Source: Malacoraja senta
Lineage: Eukaryota
Direction of reading: 5' to 3'
Assembly: GCA_038087875.1 (NCBI GenBank)
Contig: CM075988.1
Span: forward strand, 1,240,001 to 1,304,000
Length of the DNA stretch: 64,000 nucleotides
The translations under genes and the position numbers were made by a program. Under the pieces are notes generated by a model. It did not search any database. It was given only the letters and a program-made list of their open reading frames with translations, and had not been told where the DNA came from. Shown one piece after another: positions 55,301 through 64,000 of this stretch; within the stretch, counting starts at the first letter, position 1; the number at the start of each line of letters is the position of its first letter.

Positions 55301-57672
55301 TAAATGACCCACTCTTGAAAACTCACTAAAGCTTTAACTTCTGCAGCCAATCCCCACACTCGATCCTTCATCTGCCACTCCACTGCCGGCCTTGAAGGTT
55401 CTGTATGTGTTGTACGCTGGCCCCGACCAGTTTGGGTATAGAAGTAAGGAGGTCATGTTACAGTTGTACAAGACAATGGTGAACCACATTTAGAGTATTG
55501 TGTGTAGACAAAAAATGCTGGAGAAACTCACCGGGTGAGGCAGCATCTATGGAGAGTAAGAATTGGCGACGTTTTGGGTCGAGACCCTTCTTCATACTCT
55601 TTTTGTATGGTGTGGTCTCCATGTTATGGGGAAAATGTTGTCAAGCTGGAAATGGTACAGAGAAAATTTACGAGGATGTTGCCAGGACTCAAGGGCCTGA
55701 GCTATAGGTAGAGGTTGAGCAGGCTGGGACTCTATTCCCTGGAGCGCAGGAGGATGAGGGGTGATCTTATAGAGGTTCAAGTTCAAATTCACATATATTG
55801 TCAAATGCTCCAATTGGTACAGTGAGACTTGTGTTACCATACAGCCATATAAATAGAAAGTACACAATACAATTTAACATAAATATCCACCACAGTGGAA
55901 TCAACATTTCTCACTGTGATGGAAGACAATAAAGTTAAGTCAATCTTCCTCCTTTTGTTCACCCGTGGTCGGGGCCTAGAACGTTAACCGCAGTTGCCGC
56001 GACGGACAGCCCGATGTACTGGCCCTCTCGCCAGGATGATCGAAACTCCGACGTCGGGACGGATGGGAAGGCATTCTGAGACTTGGAGTTTACGAATCGG
56101 CCGCTTCTTACCAGAGACCGTGGCTTCTGATGTTAAAAGTCCACAGGCCCCGCTGAACGGATCTCCAACACTGGTGATCCTCGGCAAAAGATCCCAGGCT
56201 CTGCGATGTTAAAGTCAGCGCCCGCCCACGGCTAGAAGCTCCGCAGACCACAGCTCCATGATGTTAAAGTCAGTGGTCGGAGCTCCAACACTGGCGATCC
56301 TCGACAAGGATCCCAGTCATTTCCGCAGGTAATTCCGTGCTGTGCCTGCCGCTGGAACTCTGGGCCGGTCTCCGGTCGGAAAGGCCGCGCCAATCCAGTT
56401 GGTAGGCCGCGAGGGGGGGGCGAAGTTGCGACGCATCTCTGTCCAGGTAAGTGTCTGAAAATCGGTTTCCCCCTATTTCCCCCTCCACCCCCCACATAAG
56501 CAGAGCCGGATTTACCTAGGGGGCCTCCGGCCAAGGCAGGACACCTGCCGTTCAACTCTGAGCGGGCCCCCCTCTCTATCTCTCTCTCCGTCTCCCCCCC
56601 CCCAATCCGTATCCGTGTCTGGGCCGCCGGGTCTCCGGCCGCTCCTCATCCGCCGGCATGGCAGGCCGCTTTGTACAGGCGCACTGCTACGGCCAGCACA
56701 TCCTCCCTCTGCACATGCACACAACCACGGCCAGCACATCATCGGCCACCCTGCACATGCGCACTGCCACGGCAACTGGTCGCCGCTGGGCACTTTCTCC
56801 CTCACTTTGAATTGTGGGAGATCTGGCCACCATTGCTGCCGGTTGCCGCCTCGCCACGACCGCTGAAAACTGGAACAGGAGTAACTCTTGCTTCTGGTTT
56901 CCTGGTCCTCCAAAAATATTCTAAATGGAATTTAAACTGGAGGTGGTGGAGGGTCCATCACCAAACTGCAAACTCTGAACAATAACAGCCTATTGCATTT
57001 TATCTGTTTCTTTATTGTGTATATATATAGTCTATGGTATATAGACACACTGAACTGTTATCTCCTGTTCTGTATTATGTTTACATATTCTGTTGTGCTG
57101 CAGCAAGCAAGAATTTCATTGTCCTATCTGGGACACGTGACAATAAAACTCTCTTGACTTGGACTTAAGCAAAAAAGGGTTCTTGGGGAAAAAAGAGCTA
57201 CCTTAAATTTAGTTGCGTCTGGTTGGGTAACTATGGAAGGGTGAAGACTATTCCATGCTTTAATTGTGTGGGGGAACTCCATGGAGCAGCCAGCAACTCT
57301 GGATAGAAATAATTGGGTGACGTTTCGGGTAGAGACCCTTCTTTAGACTCCCTGTGGTTTTAGTGTTTTTAGATTAATTTAAAGATACAGCGTGGAAACA
57401 GGCCCTTTAGCCCAACGAGTCCACGCCAACCACCGATCACCCGTACACTAGTTCTATCCCACACATTAGTGAAGTAAGTCAAGAGTCAAGAGTGTTTTAT
57501 TCTCTCACGTCCCAGTTGGAACAATGAAATCCTTACTTGCAGCAGCACAACAGAATATGTAAACATAGTACTCTGTAAACAATGGTATAGACGAGAAAAC
57601 AAAACTGTGTATATTTATATATGAATATATAACTATATAAATATATATATATGTGTGTGTGTATAATATATA

Positions 57673-57739
<67 letters not shown>

Positions 57740-59119
57740 ACACACACACACACAATTTCCCTCCTGGGATTAATAAAGTTCTATCGTACAGTATCGTGTG
57801 TGTAGGAAGGAACTGCAGATGATGGTTTAAACTGAAGATAGACACAAAAAGCTGGAGTAACTCAACAGGTCAGACAGAATCTCTGGTCAAAAGGAAAATA
57901 TTAAGTTTTGGGTTGGGTCTGTGGAATGTGGAAGGACAGCATGCAGGTACAGCAGGCAGTGAAGAAAGCGAATGGCATGTTGGCCTTTATAACAAGAGGT
58001 ATCGAATATAGGAGCAAAGAGGTCCTTCTGCAGTTCTACAGAGCCTTAATGAGACCACACCTGGAGTATTGTGTGCAGTTTTGGTCCCCTAATTTGAGGA
58101 AGGACATTCTTGCTATTGAGGGAGTGCAGCGTAGGTTTACAAGGTTAATTCCCGGGATGGCGGGACTGTCATATGCTGAGAGAATGGAGCAGCTGGGCTT
58201 GTACACTCTGGAGTTTAGGATGAGAGGGGATCTCATTGAAACATATAAGATTATTAAGAGTTTGGACATGCTAGAGGCAGGAAACATGTTCCCGATGTTA
58301 GGGGAGTCCAGAACCAGGGGCCACAGTTTAAGAATAAGGAGTAAGCCATTTAGAACGGAGACGAGGAAACACTTTTTTTCACAGAGAGTGGTGAGTCTGT
58401 GGAATTCTCTGCCTCAGAGGGCGATGGAGGCAGGTTCTCTGGATGCTTTCAAAAGAGAGCTAGATAGGGCTCTTAAAAATAGCGGAGTCAGGGGATATGG
58501 GGAGAAGGCAGGATCGGGGTACTGATTGGGGGTGATCAGCCATGATCACATTGAATAGTGGTTCTGGCTCGAAGGGCCGAATGGCCTACTCCTGCACCTA
58601 TTGTCTATTGAAACAAGAGCAACCGGAGAAAACCCATGTGATCAAAGGGAAAAGGAGCAAACTCCATCCAGACAGCACCCATATTCAGGATCAAATCCGG
58701 GTCTCTGGCACTTTTAGGCAGCAACTTTATGGCCAATGTACTGCCCCATAGTCTTAAACTGAATTAAAACATACAGTAGCTGTAAAGGGGGACATAGCGT
58801 CACTTGGAGATTTAATACTGAAAATGGATATTTTCATTTTTTTAGTAACCAAAGTTATCAACGTATAATTTTTTGTGTGTTGGAAAACAAAATATAGTGG
58901 CACAGCTGGTAGACTTGCTGCCTCACACGCCAGAGATCTGTGTTCGATCCTGTCCTCGGGCACTGTCTATGTTGATTTGCACATTCTCCCTGCACGCGTG
59001 TGGGTTTCCTCCCACGTCCCAAAGACGCATTGGCTTTGTAGGTTAACTTGTCTCTGTAAAATTGCCCCGAATGTGTAGGGAGTGGGTGAGGAAAGTGGGA
59101 TAACAGAACTTGTGTGAAT

Positions 59120-60297
59120 GGGTAGACAAAAATGCTGGAGAAACTCAGCGGGTGAGGCAGCATCTATGGAGCGAAGGAAATAGGCAACGTTTCGGGTCGT
59201 GACCCTTCTTCAGACTGATGTGAGGGTGGGGGGGATGGGAAGAAGAAAGGAAGAGGCGGAGACAGTGGACTGAGGGAGAGCTGGGAAGGGGAGGAGAAAG
59301 CAGGGTCTACCTTAAATTGGAGAAGTCAATGTTCATAGAGCTGGGATGTAAACTGCCCAAGTGAAATATGAGGTGCTGCTCCACCAATTTACAGTGGGCC
59401 TCACTCTGGCCATGGAAGAGGCCCAGGACAGAAATGTCGGATTTGGAATGGGAGGGGGAGTTGAAGTGCTGAGCTACCGGGAGATCAGGTTGGTTATTGC
59501 GGACCGAGCGGAGGTGTTGGGCGAAGCGATCGCCAAGCCTGCGCTTGGTCTCACCGATGTAGCGCAGCTGACGCCTAGAGCAGCAGATGCAACAGATGAG
59601 GTTGGGGGAGGTGCAGGTGAACCTCTGCTGCACCTGGAAAGACTGCTTGGGTCCTTGAATGGAGACAAGGGGGGAGGTAAAGCGACAAGTGTAGCATTTC
59701 CTGCGGTTGCAAGGGAAAGTGCCAGGAGAGGGGGTGGTTTGGGTCGGAAGGGATGAATTGACCAGGGAGTTACGGAGGGAGCAGTCTCTGTGGAAAGCCA
59801 ACAGGGGAGGAGATGGGAAGATGGGGCTAGTGGTGGGATCCCATTGGGAGACAAAAAAGCTTGAGAAAATCAGCGGGTAAGGCAGCATCTATGGTGCGAA
59901 GGAGCAGGTGACGTTTCGGGTCGAGACCCTTCTTCAGATTGATGTCGGGGGGGGGGACACACGAAATAGAAAGGAAGAGGCGGAGACAGTAGGCTGTGGG
60001 AGAGCTGGGAATGGGAGGGGAAGGAGGGAGAAAGCAAGGACTACCTGAAATTAGAGAAGCCAATGTTCATACCACTGGGGTGTAAACTACCCAAGCAAAT
60101 ATGAGGTGCTGCTCCTCCAATATGCGGTGGGCCTCACTCTGGCCATGGAGGAGGCCCAGGACAGAAAGGTCAGATTCGGAATGGGAGGGGGTGTTGAAGT
60201 GTTGAGCCACCGGGAGATCAGGTTGGTTATTGTGAACTAAGTGGAGGTGTTGTGCGAAGCGATCGCCAAGCCTGCGCTTGGTCTCACCGAGGTTGAT
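59120..60297 (-). mobile_element. Tandem Penelope-like 3' fragments (GIY-YIG)
   Basis: ORFs 59307-59888 and 60067-60300 (YIGETKRRLGDRFAQH), each followed by the terminal repeat. Confidence 0.85.
59910..59937 (-). ncRNA. Minimal hammerhead ribozyme core in Penelope terminal repeat (best-preserved copy)
   Basis: Minus strand reads CTGAAGA-A-GGGT-CTCG-ACCC-GAAAC-GTC, giving the CUGANGA box, stem II, GAAA and a GUC cleavage triplet. Confidence 0.6.
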
Positions 60298-60354
60298 CAT
60301 ACGCTGAATAATCCAACCACATGTTTGTTTGGAAGTGGAAAGAAATAATAGAAA

Positions 60355-61672
60355 CTAGACTAAGTGGGACCCGTTAGGTCCCATGTTCACATGAGAGGGC
60401 TGGTTCCCCCAACACAATATTCCACATCTCCACCAATTCCAATATTGGTGGCCAGTGGGGGAGGGGAGGTGGCTTTCTGGAACGCTACTATGGGTGGTGT
60501 GGGCTGAAGGGACTGGTTTCCAGAGGGCTAGTATGGACATTGTGGGCCAAATGGATTCTTGGGGTGGCAGTTCAGTCACTCAAGCCTGATGTGCTGGCAG
60601 CTCACTCACGGCTGGTGGGCTGGCAGTTGACTCACGGCTATTCCTTGAAATTCCATTTCAAGCAGGGTGCAAGGCCACCCAAATTCAAATGCAGTTTCCT
60701 ATCATTTGAAGCAGGGTGCAAGGCCACTGAATTCAAGTGCAGTTTCTTACCACTTCAAGCAGGGTGCAAGACCACCAAATTCAAGTGCAGTTTCGTACCA
60801 CTTCAAGCAGGGTGCAAAGGCCACCAAATTCAGGTGCAGTTTTCTACCACTTCTAGCAGGGTGCAAGGCCACCAAATTCAAGTGCAGTTTCCTACCACTT
60901 CAAGTAGGGTGCAAGGCCACCAAACCCAAGTGCAGTTTCATGCCACTTCAAGCAGGGTGCAAGGCCACTAAATTCAAGTGCAGTTTCATGCCACTTCAAG
61001 CAGGGTGTAAGGCCACCAAATTCAAGTGCAGTTTCATGCCATTTCAAGCAGAGTGCAAGGCCACCAAATTCAAGTGCAGTTTCATGCCATTTCAAGCAGG
61101 GTGCAAGGCCACCAAATTCAAATGCAGTTTCCTATCATTTGAAGCAGGGTGCAAGGCCACTGAATTCAAGTGCAGTTTCTTACCACTTCAAGCAGGGTGC
61201 AAGACCACCAAATTCAAGTGCAGTTTCGTACCACTTCAAGCAGGGTGCAAAGGCCACCAAATTCAGGTGCAGTTTTCTACCACTTCTAGCAGGGTGCAAG
61301 GCCACCAAATTCAAGTGCAGTTTCCTACCACTTCAAGCAGGGTGCAAGGCCACTGAATTCAAGTGCAGTTTCCTACCACTTCAAGTAGGGTGCAAGGCCA
61401 CCAAACCCAAGTGCAGTTTCATGCCACTTCAAGCAGGGTGCAAGGCCACTAAATTCAAGTGCAGTTTCATGCCACTTCAAGCAGGGTGTAAGGCCACCAA
61501 ATTCAAGTGCAGTTTCATGCCATTTCAAGCAGAGTGCAAGGCCACCAAATTCAAGTGCAGTTTCATGCCATTTCAAGCAGGGTGCAAGGCCACCAAATTC
61601 AAGTGCAGTTTCTGACCACTTCAAGCAGGGTGCAAGGCCACCAAATTCAAGTGCAGTTTCATACCACTTCAA
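60355..61672 (-). mobile_element. Helitron 3' end (related to 36803-38316) carrying a minisatellite
   Basis: Minus strand reads GGGACCTAACGGGTCCC hairpin + ACTTAGTCTAG|T. It is inserted at an AT dinucleotide, with the empty site GAAA^TTGC at about 14390-14397 (inverted). The 5' extent is uncertain. Confidence 0.7.
60650..61672. repeat. 48-bp minisatellite, about 21 copies
   Basis: Unit GCAGGGTGCAAGGCCACCAAATTCAAGTGCAGTTTCATGCCACTTCAA, repeated head-to-tail. Confidence 0.95.
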
Positions 61673-61674
61673 GA

Positions 61675-61954
61675 AGGGGTGATGTGGTCCCTTTTTCGGG
61701 TGCCTGTCAGGAGTCTCGCTGCGGCGTTTTGGACCAGTTGCAGGCGGGACAGGGAAGATTGGCTGATGCCAGTGTAAAGGGAGTTGCAGTAATCGAGGCG
61801 GGTGGAGATAAATGTGTGGATGATCTTTTCGAGGTAGTCAAATTGGAGGAATTGTTTTATTTTAGCTATCGTCCGAAGCTGGAAAAAGCTGGCTTTTACC
61901 ACGGCATTGACTTGTTTGTCAAATTTCAGTGCTGAGTCAAATATCACGCCAAGG
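61675..61954 (-). mobile_element. L2-clade LINE fragment
   Basis: FDSALKFDKQV...TRLDYCNSL...LQLVQNAAARLLTG. Confidence 0.85.
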
Positions 61955-64000
61955 TTTTTTCTTTCTTTCCAAATCTTTTTATTAATTTTTCACAAAAAAA
62001 AGATAAACATAAGAGTGATATTAATACATAGGGATCAGGATTACATTAACAACAAATGTAACCTAAATATAAATCCAGTGTCAAAATACATATTGGGTAC
62101 AGACCTCCCAGTCTCTATGTCAATATAGATAAACGGTTAAAAGAGATCTTGTATATATTTAAAAAAAGATAAAAAGACAAAAAAAGAGAAAAACAAAACC
62201 CTCTAAACTAAAGTAAGCAAACTAAAACAAAACAGAATCTGAAATCAGTTCCACCGTATAAAGGTACAAAATTATTATAACGGCTGGAGAGGGAACAATT
62301 TATATCATGTGAGAATATTGAATAAAGCTTCCCCAAGTCCTATCAAATTTAACCGAGAGTTCCACAATGTCACTCCTAAGTTTTTCTAAATTTAAACATG
62401 ATATTGTTTCAGAGTGCCAATGGAGTGTGGTAGGAGGATTAGAGTCTCTCCATTTAAATAAAATAGACCTTCTGGCAATTAATGTAGTAAATGCAATCAA
62501 CCGACAGGCTGAACGGGACAGATGAGTAGAATCTAACATTGGTAGCCTAAAAATTGTAGTAATAGGATGAGGTTGTAAATCAATACCTAAAACTACAGAA
62601 ATAGTATCAAAAATGTATTTCCAATATTTTTCCAAAAGTGGGCAAGACCAAAACATATGAGTCAGCGAAGCCACTTCAGAATTACATCTGTCACAAGTAG
62701 GATTTATATGACCATAAAAACGAGCTAACTTATCTTTTGACATATGTGCTCTGTAAACCACCTTGGTATCTGAGCGTCAGAACGGAGACGAGGACCCACT
62801 TTTTCTCACAGAGAGTGGTGAATCTGTGGAGTTCTCTGCCTCAGAGGGTGGTAGAGGCAGGTTTTCTGGATGCTTTCAAGAGAGAGTTAGATAGGGCTCC
62901 TAAAAATAGCGGAGTCAGGGGATATGGGGAGAAGGCAGGTACTGATTGGGGATGATCAGCCATGATCACATTGAATGGCGGTGCTAGCTTGAAGGGCCGA
63001 ATGGCCTACTCCTGCACCTATTGTCTATTGTCTATTGCACACATTGAAGAGGTATTGACTAATTGAAGAATCCTCTCCCATCTCTCTATAGGTAAAGAAA
63101 TTTGAAGTGCTCTTTCCCAATCATTCTTAATTTTATCAGATGAACCTACTTGTAATTTCATAATCAACTCATAAATAGCCGTCATTAAACCTTTCTGATA
63201 AGGGTTCAAATGTAATTTTTTTTCCGTGATTTCGGTTTGATGTGATAACGGAAAAGAGGGTAGAGTAGCCTTCAAAAAATGTCTAATTTGTAAATATCTA
63301 AAAAAATGTGAATTAGGTAGATTATATTTATTGGATAGTTGTTCAAAGGACATAAAACAACTGTCTAAAAACAAATCACGAAAAAATACTAATCCCTTCC
63401 TCTTCCATTGCAGAAAGGCTTGATCAGTACTAGAGGGTTGAAAGAAAAAATTAGATATGATAGGACTCAATAAGATAAAATCATTCAATCCAAAAAACAT
63501 ACGAAATTGAAACCATATTCGCAATGTGTGTCTTATTATTGGGTTAATCTTATATTTATTCAATCTTGCAATTGTAAATGGTAATGAGTCCCCTAGGATA
63601 GAAGCCAATGATAACCCTTGCATAGAATCACATTCACGATTTATCTATCCTGGACAATGGGTATCTTCTAAATCTTTTGTCCAAAACTATAATAACGAGC
63701 ATTAACTGCCCAATAATATAATCTAAGGTTTGCAATGCCAAACCACCATCTTTTTTAAAATTTCTGTAAGTATTTTTTACTTGGTCTGGGATTTTTATTC
63801 TGCCATATATATGAAGAAATTTTTGAATCCATAATAACAAAAAAAAGATTTAGAAATAAAAATAGGTATAATCTGAAATAAGTATAAAAATGTAGGTAGA
63901 ATAAACATTTTAATTGCACTGATTCGGCCGATTAGGGATAAGGACATTGGTGACCATTTAGTAAACTGTTGTCTGACATGGTCAATTAAGGGCTTAAAAT
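61955..64000 (-). mobile_element. L1/Tx1-type LINE ORF2 3' part with a nested CR1 3' fragment (about 62765-63035)
   Basis: GGLAL, FFRYLQIRHF and CDRC...THMFWSC motifs, with poly-T at 61955. Confidence 0.85.

Larger units (their letters stand above)
56501..60354 (-). mobile_element. Second, inverted copy of the inner hAT-type composite element (no H2B cargo)
   Basis: Begins with TIR CAGAGCCGGATTTA and is colinear in reverse with about 14393-16896. It has extra CR1 (about 57931-58610) and Penelope (about 59120-59850) segments. Confidence 0.8.

Noticed and set aside
60540..61935. Long Cys/Lys-rich repetitive ORFs and CRISPR-like periodicity
   Set aside because: This is a head-to-tail 48-bp minisatellite with no unique spacers. 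The ORFs are an artefact of a stop-free unit length divisible by 3.

Overview
Repeat-dense vertebrate DNA, very likely from a cartilaginous fish (skate/ray-like), judged from abundant HER1-type CR1 LINEs and HE1-like SINEs. It is mostly nested transposable elements: CR1, L1/Tx1, L2, Rex1/Babar, an Ingi/Vingi-like LINE, Penelope-like elements with minimal hammerhead ribozyme cores, a Ty3/Gypsy element, an ERV env plus 3' LTR relic, Helitrons, Harbinger MITEs and hAT-type ends. There is one 200-N gap. The only clear host gene is an intact two-exon histone H2B variant with a poly(A) signal (H2B.K/H2BK1-like, 20651-22113). The main finding is that this gene, with its promoter and poly(A) signal, lies inside a 9.5-kb non-autonomous hAT-type unit (13770-23301). 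That unit has terminal inverted repeats and an exact 8-bp target-site duplication (CGGGGAAT), and it splits a well-preserved CR1 LINE, so it appears to be a DNA transposon that carried a whole histone-variant gene. Internal duplicate right ends and a gene-less inverted sister copy (56501-60354) suggest stepwise capture. All calls were made by eye, without database searches. Element boundaries without a TSD or TIR are approximate.
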